Made by a program: the position numbers and the translations under genes | Origin: an uncultured delta proteobacterium | GTDB lineage: Bacteria > Desulfobacterota > Syntrophia > Syntrophales > CAMTWB01 | Direction of reading: 5' to 3' | Assembly: GCA_947085375.1 (NCBI GenBank) | Contig: CAMTWB010000026.1 | Span: 7,689-71,688, forward strand | Length of the DNA: 64,000 nucleotides | The notes under the pieces: model-generated | What the model saw: only the letters and a program-made list of their open reading frames with translations | Databases searched by the model: none | What the model was told of the DNA's origin: nothing | In this document: in pieces, positions 1-8,523 of the stretch | Position numbering within the stretch: the first letter of the stretch is position 1 | How the letters are laid out: every line of letters begins with the position of its first letter

Positions 1-899
1 AGGACATCCTGATTCTGGCCTCAACGACGCCTCTGACCGCCGCCAATGTCGCCCTGGCCGAAAAGACTCTCGCTGCCAACAAGCCCGTTGCGGATTCCCT
101 CAGGGAACTCAACATCAACCGGATGGATTCGCTCTTGCTTCGGGAAATTATGAACGATGGGGATATAAAGAGCCGCTACGACGGTTTCGGCCAACAGACG
201 CGAGACTTCCCCCTTTTGCATTATCTGGCCGGCAAACTTTTTTTTATGGAAAGATTTGTCCCCTTTGAAACCCTGCTGAACGCGGATACGGCCTATCACC
301 GGGAAAACTATCTCCTGGTAAAAAAATATCAGGATCGCAATCGCGCGCCGCTCGACAAAGCTTCTGTCGATTTCATCCTGCGGGATGACTCCCCCGGCCT
401 GCCGGCCGCGATCATAAAATCCCTGAAACTAAAGGCCTGGCTGAACCACAATTCTTCCCTTGAGCCTGCCCCGCAGGATATTGCCGATTTCCGAGCCGAT
501 CTTATTTCATTGACGATGCGCTACCCCCACCAGAACGACTTCCGGTGGCCGGTGGGGCTTGCCGCCGGGGAATACCGGTTGAATATCTCAATGCTTTTGG
601 CCAACATCGAAAAGACGCGCAACTGGATCAGCGCCTATCCGCTGGACGGATTGTTAAGACTGGTCGATGAAGGCATCCGGCAGGGTATAAACGCCCAGGA
701 GAAAAACTGGTGCCGTCTTAAGCAGGCGCAATTGATGATCAAGGCGAAGGAGCCGCCAGAGAGGATCGAAGCTCTTCTTAATCAGCTCCTGAAAGACGAC
801 CAGGGGAAGATATTGCTGGCCGACGGGGATGAAGCCCTGCTAAAAGTTGTGACGGCCAGCCTGAAGAAACTAAGACCATTGAGCGGATTGCCCCAATAA
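1..899 (+). CDS. hypothetical protein, C-terminal part (frame open to left window edge)
   Basis: Frame 3 has no stop from nt 3 to the TAA at 897-899. The listed ORF 123..899 is only its Met-initiated tail. No motif recognised. Confidence 0.55.
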   Translation, partial: DILILASTTPLTAANVALAEKTLAANKPVADSLRELNINRMDSLLLREIMNDGDIKSRYDGFGQQTRDFPLLHYLAGKLFFMERFVPFETLLNADTAYHRENYLLVKKYQDRNRAPLDKASVDFILRDDSPGLPAAIIKSLKLKAWLNHNSSLEPAPQDIADFRADLISLTMRYPHQNDFRWPVGLAAGEYRLNISMLLANIEKTRNWISAYPLDGLLRLVDEGIRQGINAQEKNWCRLKQAQLMIKAKEPPERIEALLNQLLKDDQGKILLADGDEALLKVVTASLKKLRPLSGLPQ

Positions 900-902
900 A
901 AT

Positions 903-1172
903 ATGGATCACCAGACCCAAAAAACACTCATCCAGATCGCCCATGTAAGCTCGGTCGGCATCGGCATGGCGGTGGCGATTTTCGGCGCCATGTTTGTCGG
1001 AGTTTACCTGGACAAAAAGTTCGAAACCGGGCCGTATCTGACAGTCATTTTACTCATAATGGGGATTATCGCGGGATTCAGGAACTTTTTTCGCCTGGTG
1101 AAAAGATATGGAATCGATTTATCCCCCTTGAAAGCAACCAAAAAAGATGATAAAGCCCCGCCTGGAAAATAG
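903..1172 (+). CDS. AtpZ/AtpI-family small membrane protein preceding F-type ATPase genes
   Basis: 89 aa with two hydrophobic helices (VSSVGIGMAVAIFGAMFVGVYLD, YLTVILLIMGIIAGF). Lies directly upstream of atpI-like/atpB. Confidence 0.65.
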   Translation: MDHQTQKTLIQIAHVSSVGIGMAVAIFGAMFVGVYLDKKFETGPYLTVILLIMGIIAGFRNFFRLVKRYGIDLSPLKATKKDDKAPPGK

Positions 1173-1575
1173 ACTTGAGCTGACCAACTGGCTTTTTTTG
1201 ACCTGTCTGGTTATTTCAAGCCTGCTATTTATGACTTGGCCCTTTACCCTGGGTCTGTTACTGGGAGGCTTGATCAGCTCCTTGAACTTCCTCTTCCTGA
1301 AGAGGGACTTGAAAACTTTTTTCCTTGAGGAAAACGCCCGGGGTAAGATCAGGGTGATTTTTAAGTTTTATGTGCGGTTTACCCTCACGGCTATTGCTCT
1401 TTACTATATCATCAGCCGCCAACTGGCCGATATTTTCGGACTGCTCCTCGGCCTATCGGTGGTGATGATCGGCCTGACCATGGGCGTCTTATTGGAGCGC
1501 CGGGAACTGTTTGGCGACGGTGCCAGGGCCAAACAAGGCAAACTCGGTTCGGCGGGTGAGGGGAACGGGAATTAA
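1147..1575 (+). CDS. atpI: ATP synthase protein I-like membrane protein
   Basis: 142 aa with several hydrophobic segments. Overlaps the previous gene by 26 nt and precedes atpB. Assigned from context and topology only. Confidence 0.5.
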   Translation: MIKPRLENRLELTNWLFLTCLVISSLLFMTWPFTLGLLLGGLISSLNFLFLKRDLKTFFLEENARGKIRVIFKFYVRFTLTAIALYYIISRQLADIFGLLLGLSVVMIGLTMGVLLERRELFGDGARAKQGKLGSAGEGNGN

Positions 1576-1664
1576 CTCCCTGGCTGGTTCAGGCTTGCAG
1601 CCTGAACCAAAAGTCGGCAAAAAGGCATTATTTACCGAAAATACATCACACCGGAGGCGCTGGG

Positions 1665-2318
1665 ATGAATCCCTGGCTTATCTTTCATAATAGCTATTTA
1701 CCCGATCATGTTACCTACACCTGGGTTGTGATGGCGCTTTTGGCCCTGTTTGGCTTCGCCGCCACCAGGAGAATAGATATTTATCCGCAAAGATGGCAGA
1801 ATGTCGCCGAGATCATCGTGGATGGTTTAGGCGCCTTCATAGTGAGTACGATGGGGCCGGAGGGCAGGAGGATATTTCCCTTGATCGCCACGCTTGCGTT
1901 CTTTATTCTCACCTCAAACCTGATCGGTCTTTTTCCCGGTTTCACCTCTCCTACCAAGAGCCTTAACACCACGGTTGCGCTGGCCCTGGTAGTTTTCTTC
2001 ACCACCCACATCATCGGCATTCGGGTTCACGGATTCAAATATATCAAGCAATTTCTGGGACCGGTCTGGTGGCTTACGCCCCTAATGCTGCCGATCGAGA
2101 TCATCAGCCACCTGGCGCGCCCCCTGTCGTTGTCGGTTCGTCTCTTTGGCAACATGAAGGGCGGGGATATCGTTCTGGGGGTGCTGTTTTTCCTGGTGCC
2201 CTTTTTGGTGCCGTTGCCGATTATGGTTCTCAAACTGATCATCGCCCTGATTCAGACTTTGGTCTTTGTGCTTTTGTCCATGATGTATTTTGCCGCTGCG
2301 ATGGAAGAGGCCCACTGA
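1665..2318 (+). CDS. atpB: F0F1 ATP synthase subunit a
   Basis: 217 aa polytopic protein with the subunit-a signature [11 protein letters not shown] (essential Arg present) and [17 protein letters not shown] near the C-terminus. Confidence 0.9.
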   Translation: MNPWLIFHNSYLPDHVTYTWVVMALLALFGFAATRRIDIYPQRWQNVAEIIVDGLGAFIVSTMGPEGRRIFPLIATLAFFILTSNLIGLFPGFTSPTKSLNTTVALALVVFFTTHIIGIRVHGFKYIKQFLGPVWWLTPLMLPIEIISHLARPLSLSVRLFGNMKGGDIVLGVLFFLVPFLVPLPIMVLKLIIALIQTLVFVLLSMMYFAAAMEEAH

Positions 2319-2333
2319 CGGCTTGAGATAGAA

Positions 2334-3515
2334 ATGGTCCTGCGGTTTTGCTTACGCCCTGAGCCAGAAAGTAAGAGAATTAAATTGACCAGAGAAATTA
2401 AGCTTCTTCAGGGAAACCAGGCCATTGCGGCCGGGGCCATCTATGCCGGGGCCCGTTTCTATGCCGGCTATCCCATCACCCCGTCCTCCGAAATCGCCGA
2501 AGAATGCGCCCGCCTTTTGCCCAAGCTGGGCGGGATTTTCCTGCAGATGGAAGACGAGATCGCCTCCATGGGCGCCATCGTGGGAGCGTCGCTCGCCGGT
2601 GCCAAGGCCTTCACTGCCACCTCCGGCCCAGGGTTTTCCCTCATGCAGGAAAACCTGGGGATGGCCATTATGGGTGAGGTGCCCTGTGTGGTGGTCAACG
2701 TCCAACGCTCCGGCCCCAGCACCGGCCTGGCTACCAAACCGGCCCAGGCGGACATCATGCAGATCCGCTGGGGGCGTCATGGCGACCAGTGCCTGATCGC
2801 ACTTACGCCGTCGACTGTCGCCGAGTGCTTTGCCTTTACCGTCATGGCCTTCAATCTGGCCGAGCGTTACCGGGTGCCGGTAGTACTGGCGCCGGACGAG
2901 GTGGTGGCGCACATGCGGGAAAACGTCATTTTGCCCCTGCCGGGCGAGATTCCGGTTATCGACCGCAAAAAACCGTCCGGGCCGCTTGATGCCTACCTAC
3001 CCTTTACCCCCGACGAAGACGGGATTGCCCCACTTGCGGCCTTCGGCAGCCGCTATGTTTTTCACGTCTCGAGCTCCATGCACGGCCCCGATGGCTACAG
3101 CAACAACAATCCCGCCAACGCCGCCCGCAAGGTGGCCCAGCTGCACACCAAAATCGAGCGGCACAAAAACGATATCGTCAAAACAGTCCTCTTTGACGGC
3201 GAAGACGCCGATATTCTCCTCATTGCCACTGGAATCGTCACCCGGACCTGCCGGGAGGCGGCCCGCCGGCTGCGAAAACGGGGATACAAGGTGGGGGTGC
3301 TCCAGATTATTACCCTCTGGCCTTTTCCGGAAGATGAAATTGCCCGGCTGGGCGGACGGGTGAAAAAAGTTCTGGTGGCCGAAATGAACTACAGCGGTCA
3401 ACTGGCGGGAGAAGTCCGTAAAGTGCTTGGAGCCGACAGCAGGGTGATCCAGGTGAACAAATTCAACGGCGAGATGATTTCGCCCACAGAAATTATTGGG
3501 GCGTTGGACCTCTGA
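2334..3515 (+). CDS. korA: 2-oxoacid:ferredoxin oxidoreductase subunit alpha
   Basis: N-terminal LLQGNQAIAAGAIYAGARFYAGYPITPSSEI is typical of KorA/PorA. An alternative TTG start lies about 50 nt downstream. Confidence 0.9.
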   Translation: MVLRFCLRPEPESKRIKLTREIKLLQGNQAIAAGAIYAGARFYAGYPITPSSEIAEECARLLPKLGGIFLQMEDEIASMGAIVGASLAGAKAFTATSGPGFSLMQENLGMAIMGEVPCVVVNVQRSGPSTGLATKPAQADIMQIRWGRHGDQCLIALTPSTVAECFAFTVMAFNLAERYRVPVVLAPDEVVAHMRENVILPLPGEIPVIDRKKPSGPLDAYLPFTPDEDGIAPLAAFGSRYVFHVSSSMHGPDGYSNNNPANAARKVAQLHTKIERHKNDIVKTVLFDGEDADILLIATGIVTRTCREAARRLRKRGYKVGVLQIITLWPFPEDEIARLGGRVKKVLVAEMNYSGQLAGEVRKVLGADSRVIQVNKFNGEMISPTEIIGALDL

Positions 3516-3550
3516 TCAGGCGGTTCTAAGTTGGAAAAACGTAAGTTAAT

Positions 3551-3683
3551 GGAGGGCTTTGTAAAAAGTTCGCAGGCAAGGCGCGCAAGCCCCCTACCCG
3601 AGGAATGAGGCGTACTTTTTGGTACGTCGCAGTGACGAGGGATGTAGCGCAACGCAGAATCCGGACTTTTTACAAAGCAGTCA
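3551..3683 (-). repeat. K-type TIR-bounded repeat (about 130 bp), inverted copy, between korA and korB
   Basis: Its reverse complement aligns almost base for base with 4549..4675. Ends are GGCTTTGTAAAAAGT ... ACTTTTTACAAAGC. Confidence 0.85.
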
Positions 3684-3723
3684 CCTCTGATCGTAAGTTC
3701 GCCCCCTTGACAAGGAGGATCAA

Positions 3724-4551
3724 TTGTCACATGCAACAGGCACGAGGTACCTCAAGGGAGGAGTGCTGCCGCACATGTGGTGTTCCGGCTGCGGTATCGG
3801 CATCGTCCTTGGCGCCCTGCTTAGGGCCTTTGAAGAACTTGGCTACGAGAAGAACAATACCGTTTTAGTCACCGGCATCGGCTGCACCGGGAAGTCCGAT
3901 GATTATCTGGTAACCAACGCCCTGCACGTAACCCACGGACGGGCGCTTACCTTTGCCACGGGGATCAAGGCCTTCAACCCCTTGTTAAACGTGGTGGTGC
4001 TGATGGGCGATGGCGACGCGGTTACCATTGGCGGCAACCACTTCATCCACTCCGCCCGACGCAACATCGATTTGACGGCAATCGTGGTCAATAATTTCAA
4101 TTATGGCATGACGGGGGGGCAGGTGTCAGGCACCACACCATTTGATCATTTTACGACCACCACCTCCTGGGGCAACCCGGAACGGGGGTTTGATATCTGT
4201 CAGGTGGCCATCGCGGCGGGCGCCAATTATGTTGCCCGTGCCACCACCTATCACGGCTGGGAGATGCAAAATCACTTTCGCGAGGCGCTCGTGAAAAAGG
4301 GATTTTCGGTGGTGGAGGCATTCAGCCCCTGCCCCACCCACTACGGCAAGCACAACGACATGAAAGCCGCCGTCCAAATGTTGCGCTGGCTCAAGGAAAA
4401 GGCTCTGACCATTGATGCCTATAATCAACTTCCGCCTGGCCGCCGCGATGATTACTTCCCCATCGGAAAGCTCAAGGAAGGGGACGCCCCTGATTTCAAC
4501 AGTTGCTATGAGGAAATGCGCCGTAGGGCGCTCCAAGATAACCATGAATGA
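3724..4551 (+). CDS. korB: 2-oxoacid:ferredoxin oxidoreductase subunit beta (TPP-binding)
   Basis: Motifs PHMWCSGCGIG and VVLMGDGDAVTIGGNH. TTG start 5 nt after the AAGGAGG Shine-Dalgarno at 3711-3717. Confidence 0.9.
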   Translation: MSHATGTRYLKGGVLPHMWCSGCGIGIVLGALLRAFEELGYEKNNTVLVTGIGCTGKSDDYLVTNALHVTHGRALTFATGIKAFNPLLNVVVLMGDGDAVTIGGNHFIHSARRNIDLTAIVVNNFNYGMTGGQVSGTTPFDHFTTTTSWGNPERGFDICQVAIAAGANYVARATTYHGWEMQNHFREALVKKGFSVVEAFSPCPTHYGKHNDMKAAVQMLRWLKEKALTIDAYNQLPPGRRDDYFPIGKLKEGDAPDFNSCYEEMRRRALQDNHE

Positions 4552-4675
4552 CGACTTCGTAAAAAGTCCGGATGCGGCGTTGCGTTTCATCCCTCGTCAC
4601 TGCGGCGTACCCAAAAGTACGCCTCATTCCTTGGGATTTACGCGCCTTGCCTGCGAACTCTTTACAAAGCCGTCC
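4549..4675 (+). repeat. K-type TIR-bounded repeat, between korB and korC
   Basis: Starts TGACGACTTCGTAAAAAGT and ends ACTCTTTACAAAGCCGTCC. Inner hairpin GGCGTAC-N6-GTACGCC. The first 3 nt are the korB stop codon. Confidence 0.85.
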
Positions 4676-4712
4676 CCAAACCATCGTTTTCTTAACTTTT
4701 TACGAGTTTGTC

Positions 4713-5267
4713 ATGAATGAGCGCCAAAAGAGTGAAAACAAAGAGCGACATGAGGTCATCCTGGCCGGATCAGGCGGACAGGGCCTGGTCTTAGCGGGGA
4801 TCATCCTGGCTGAGGCCGCGATCCGGGATGGTAAAAACGCCGTCCAGACACAATCCTACGGAATCGCCTCGCGGGGCGGCTTCTCGATGGCGGAGGTGAT
4901 TTGCGACCGCTCCGAGATCATCTATCCCCACGTGGAGGCTCCGGATATGATTCTGGCAATGACCGCAGAAGCCCTGCTGAAATACCGGCATTACCTGGAA
5001 AAAGGCTCCTGGCTGCTCTTTGATTCTACATTGGTTGCTGCCGAGGTCGGTGATAAATGTATCGGCCTGCCCTTGACCAAGATGGCCGATGAATTAGGGC
5101 ATGTCGGCGCGGCCAATATTATCGCCTTAGGCGCCATCGCCGCCGCAACCGCCATGGTAACCCGAGACAGTCTGGAAGCCATTATCACTAGCCGTTTTTC
5201 TCCCCGGGCGAGCGAGGTTAATATCAAAGCTCTGGCCCTGGGGGCGACGAGCTTGACGGCGCGTTAA
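4713..5267 (+). CDS. korC: 2-oxoacid:ferredoxin oxidoreductase subunit gamma
   Basis: EVILAGSGGQGLVLAGIILAEAA is typical of the gamma subunit. I chose the ATG at 4713 because the longer ORF from 4572 reads through the repeat. Confidence 0.85.
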   Translation: MNERQKSENKERHEVILAGSGGQGLVLAGIILAEAAIRDGKNAVQTQSYGIASRGGFSMAEVICDRSEIIYPHVEAPDMILAMTAEALLKYRHYLEKGSWLLFDSTLVAAEVGDKCIGLPLTKMADELGHVGAANIIALGAIAAATAMVTRDSLEAIITSRFSPRASEVNIKALALGATSLTAR

Positions 5268-5286
5268 AAAGTCGCAAAATGATTGC

Positions 5287-5520
5287 TTTCTGAGGCCATG
5301 CTTAAGTCATGGCCGCCTGGTCGTTGTCATTTGCTCGCGCCTACACTATAAAACGGACGAGGCGGAGCTCGTCCCTCCGAGAAGACAATGCCCATAGGTT
5401 TTCCTGGAGCCATGTCCACCGGTTTTTCGGAGGGCCATGCTCCGTCATGGCCGTAAGGCGTTGCCGTTTGCCCGCGCTTACACTATAATGCGGACGCGAC
5501 TTAAGCGCGTCCCTCCGAAA
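5287..5520 (+). repeat. REP/BIME-like P-family repeat, two tandem units
   Basis: Units contain the hairpins GGCCATG-N6-CATGGCC and GGACGAG-N6-CTCGTCC (second unit GGACGCG-N6-CGCGTCC), bracketed by CGGAGGG ... CCCTCCG. Confidence 0.8.
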
Positions 5521-5565
5521 TTGAAAAAGGACGTCCTTTTGCCGCGTCATCAAAAAGGAGTAATC

Positions 5566-7194
5566 ATGTCTCATCACCAGGCCGGGGTCAAAAGCCTTCC
5601 CCCCTGCCGGCAGGCCTGTCCGGCAGGGGTAGATGTCCCCCGTTACATCCGCCAGATCCAGGAAGGCCGTTTCAACGATGCCCGCCTTACCGTCAGGGAG
5701 CGTATTCCTTTTTCCGCGGTCTGCGGTTATGCCTGTCTTCACCCCTGTGAGGCCAGGTGTGCCCGAATCCAGTTCGACGAAACGATTGCCATCCGGATGC
5801 TTAAACTGGCCGCGGAAGAATACGGCAAGATCCAGGCCCGTCCGCCGGAGAAACTTCCCCCCTCGGGCCAAAGGATTGCCATCGTCGGTTCCGGCCCGGG
5901 CGGCCTTACCGCTGCCTATTACCTGGCGAAGATGGGCCATTGCCCCGTCATATTCGAGGCCCGGGAGAAAGCGGGGGGACTCCTGCGTTACGGCATACCC
6001 TCCTACCGCCTCCCCCGGGAGGCCCTTGATCTGGAAATAGACCTCATTCGGGCGCACGGCGTCGAGATTCGCCTCAATACCCCCGTTTTTTCCCCTAAGC
6101 AGCTTTTTGACGATGGTTTCACCGCCGTTCTATTGGCGGTAGGCGCCTGGCAGCCCCTGGGCATGGGCATCCCCGGGGAAGATTCACCCCTGGTGGTGGA
6201 TGGTTTGTCGTTCTTAAGAGCGGTCAATGCCGGCAGCCAGCCCGCAATGGATAGGAAACGAGTCCTGGTGGTGGGCGGAGGAAACACCGCTATCGATGCC
6301 GCAAGATCATCGCGCCGCCTGGGTGCGGAAGCAACCATCCTCTACCGCCGCCGCAGGGAGGATATGCCGGCCAGTGACGAAGAGATCGAGGATGCCCTGG
6401 AGGAAGGTGTTGCGATCATGTCGCACACCCTCCCGGTCGCCGTTTTCGGCCAGGAGGTAACCTGCCAGAAGATGACCGAAGGCCCGCCGGACGCAAGTGG
6501 CCGTCCCACCCCACTGCCCCAGCCGAGAAGCGACTTTATCATAACCGCCGACCTCATCGTTGTTGCCATCGGCCAAAGAGGCATGGCGGCAAAGCTGGCC
6601 GTGGAGGAAACCGGGGGTGGCCGGGTTAAGGTTGATCCGGAGACTTGCGCCACCTCCACCCAGGGCCTTTTTGCCGCCGGCGACGCGGTACTGGGGCCAG
6701 CGAGCATTATCGACGCCATTGCCCAGGGGAGAAAAGCCGCCGCCGCAATCGACAGGTTTCTGGGCGGTGCCGGCAATATCGACCAGGATACACCGGCTAC
6801 CGCAGGAGAAGCACCAGACGCAGTCCCACGGGGGGTTGCCCGGGCTAAAAGGAAAAAGGCGCCGCCACAGGAAAGATTACAAGGCTTTAACCCGGTGGAG
6901 CAGGTGTTTGAGCGGGTGGTCGCAATCGGTGAGGCGGGGCGCTGCCTGTCTTGCGATCTGCGAGACTTTGACGTCAGCGTCAACGATCAACTCTGCAAGG
7001 AATGCGGTTTCTGTCAGGAAGTTTGTTCCTTGAGCGTTTTTGAAACCTCCGATTCCTTCAACGTTCAGGGATACCGGCCGACCCTGGTCAAGAGCGACGC
7101 CCGTTGCATCGGTTGTCTGAGCTGCCTTTACATCTGCCCGGATTTTGCAATCACGATCCGGGATGGGAAAGTGGAGGGCCGAGTAAATAATTGA
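5566..7194 (+). CDS. GltD-family NAD(P)H-dependent oxidoreductase with C-terminal 2x[4Fe-4S] ferredoxin domain
   Basis: N-terminal Cys cluster (CRQACPAG...CGYACLHPCEARC). Dinucleotide folds IAIVGSGPGGLTAAYYL and VLVVGGGNTAIDAA. C-terminal CKECGFCQEVC and CIGCLSCLYICP. ATG at 5566 follows AAAGGAG. Confidence 0.85.
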   Translation: MSHHQAGVKSLPPCRQACPAGVDVPRYIRQIQEGRFNDARLTVRERIPFSAVCGYACLHPCEARCARIQFDETIAIRMLKLAAEEYGKIQARPPEKLPPSGQRIAIVGSGPGGLTAAYYLAKMGHCPVIFEAREKAGGLLRYGIPSYRLPREALDLEIDLIRAHGVEIRLNTPVFSPKQLFDDGFTAVLLAVGAWQPLGMGIPGEDSPLVVDGLSFLRAVNAGSQPAMDRKRVLVVGGGNTAIDAARSSRRLGAEATILYRRRREDMPASDEEIEDALEEGVAIMSHTLPVAVFGQEVTCQKMTEGPPDASGRPTPLPQPRSDFIITADLIVVAIGQRGMAAKLAVEETGGGRVKVDPETCATSTQGLFAAGDAVLGPASIIDAIAQGRKAAAAIDRFLGGAGNIDQDTPATAGEAPDAVPRGVARAKRKKAPPQERLQGFNPVEQVFERVVAIGEAGRCLSCDLRDFDVSVNDQLCKECGFCQEVCSLSVFETSDSFNVQGYRPTLVKSDARCIGCLSCLYICPDFAITIRDGKVEGRVNN

Positions 7195-7364
7195 CGAGGC
7201 GTTAAAAAGTAGAAATACCCCCTCCCCCTGATGGGAGATGGTGCTAGGAGAGGGTGACAATAGTCGATATATCGAATGTTTAAGCCCCCTACCCCCTACC
7301 CCCTACCCCCTCCCCCTGCCCCTCCCGCCGGGGGAGGGGAAATCGGAGTTTTACCGCTTCATCA
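7192..7364 (+). mobile_element. A-type MITE-like element (173 bp)
   Basis: TIRs are TGACGAGGCGTTAAAA ... TTTTACCGCTTCATCA. Internal G/C hairpins include CCCCTCCC-GCCG-GGGAGGGG, with a central palindrome CGATATATCG. No ORF. Near-identical copies elsewhere in the window. Confidence 0.8.
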
Positions 7365-7462
7365 AGGATGTCGTTACGAATAAGGTTACCAGGCGCCTCG
7401 CTATTTTGCTCAAGGCGGGGTTTTGTTTTTCCGGCTATTTTTTAAAAACTAAGGAGGAAACG

Positions 7463-8434
7463 ATGAAAAGGGGTTATTGGGGAACATTTTTTTGCGTGGC
7501 GGCATTTCTCGCGGCTTTATTTCTTGTCGGCAGCGTTTATGCCCAGTCCAGAGTCTTCATCAGTATCGGCACCGGCACTACCGGCGGCTCTTACTATCCC
7601 ATCGGTGGCGCCATGGCCAAAATCTGGAGTGACAAGATTCCCAACATGAGGGCCACCGTCCAGTCCACCGGCGGAACCATCCAGAACATTCAGCTGATGG
7701 CTGACAAACAGACCGAGGCCGGATTTACCGACACCAGGTACGTATTTGCTTTTCGGGGTCGGGGCCTCCAGTTTGAGGGCAAGCCTCAGACCTGGCTCCG
7801 GGGCCTGGTGCCGCTCTATCCAGAGCCGACCAATATCGTGGTTTTGAAGGATTCGGGAATCAGGACCCTGGCCGATCTTAGGGGAAAGCGGGTTTCGATC
7901 GGCGCGGTCGGCAGCGGTACCGAGGCGACTGCCCGGGAGCTATTCGGCATCCTGGGAATTGACGTGGCCAAAGATATCCGGCCGTTTATGCTGGGGACTG
8001 GCGAGACGGCAAGCGCCTTCCAGGATAAGAGAATCGATGCGGCCATTTTAGTGGGGTCCTTGGGCATGTCTTCAGTGGTGGAGATTACCTCCCTGGGCCT
8101 TGTTGACTTCCTTGAAGTTGATGATGCCACTTTCCGGGCCTTAAAGAGGGTCAATGAAACCTGGGTGCAGTTTTCGATCCCGGCCAATTTCTACAAGAAC
8201 CAGCCCCGCCCAATAAGAACCTACGCCAGCTTCAACATCCTGTCGGTTCGAGAAGACCTGCCCGAAGAGCTGGCCTATCAAATGACCAAAACACTTTTTG
8301 AAAACAAGGCCGATTTAGTAGCGGTAAGAGCTACGATGGAAAACATGACTCTTGAAAATGTCCATAAGATTGAAATTCCCGTCCATCCCGGAGCGGCACG
8401 TTACTATCGGGAAATGGGGGTCAGGGTGCACTAA
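7463..8434 (+). CDS. TAXI-family TRAP transporter solute receptor
   Basis: Signal peptide followed by ISIGTGTTGGSYYPIGGAMAKIW, typical of TAXI receptors. ATG 7463 follows AAGGAGG. The longer ORF from 7238 translates the MITE. Confidence 0.85.
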   Translation: MKRGYWGTFFCVAAFLAALFLVGSVYAQSRVFISIGTGTTGGSYYPIGGAMAKIWSDKIPNMRATVQSTGGTIQNIQLMADKQTEAGFTDTRYVFAFRGRGLQFEGKPQTWLRGLVPLYPEPTNIVVLKDSGIRTLADLRGKRVSIGAVGSGTEATARELFGILGIDVAKDIRPFMLGTGETASAFQDKRIDAAILVGSLGMSSVVEITSLGLVDFLEVDDATFRALKRVNETWVQFSIPANFYKNQPRPIRTYASFNILSVREDLPEELAYQMTKTLFENKADLVAVRATMENMTLENVHKIEIPVHPGAARYYREMGVRVH

Positions 8435-8461
8435 AATCGCTTGGGAGCGATGAAAATCGCC

Positions 8462-8491
8462 GGGGCGCGCTGAATCGCGTCCCGGCGCCCC
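8462..8491 (+). other. intercistronic GC hairpin between TRAP receptor and permease genes
   Basis: GGGGCGC (8462-8468) pairs with GCGCCCC (8485-8491). There is no U-tract, so it is more likely a stabiliser or attenuator than a terminator. Confidence 0.35.
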
Positions 8492-8523
8492 TTGCAAATG
8501 CAGATACTGAGGTTCAGGTTATT

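Noticed and set aside
2352-2912. Long antisense and alternative-frame ORFs across korA, the GltD-like gene, the TRAP permease and others (for example 2352..2912, 2425..2796, 6342..6983, 5633..6040, 10607..11227).
   Set aside because: They overlap genes with clear family signatures. Their translations are Arg/Pro/Gly/Ala-rich low-complexity sequence typical of shadow ORFs in GC-rich DNA.
5341-6057. ORFs created by repeat read-through (5341..6057 minus strand, 35893..36261, 45717..45968, 49862..50089, 49953..50246, 49964..50239).
   Set aside because: The shared peptide strings (FFGGPCSVMA.RALP, RRDELRLVRF) simply reflect the P-family repeat being read in both directions. There is no independent coding evidence.
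7238-7462. N-terminal extension of the TAXI receptor ORF that encodes PLPPTPYPLPLPLPPGEG.
   Set aside because: It is the translation of the A-type MITE. The true start (ATG 7463) has a strong RBS and is followed by a signal peptide.
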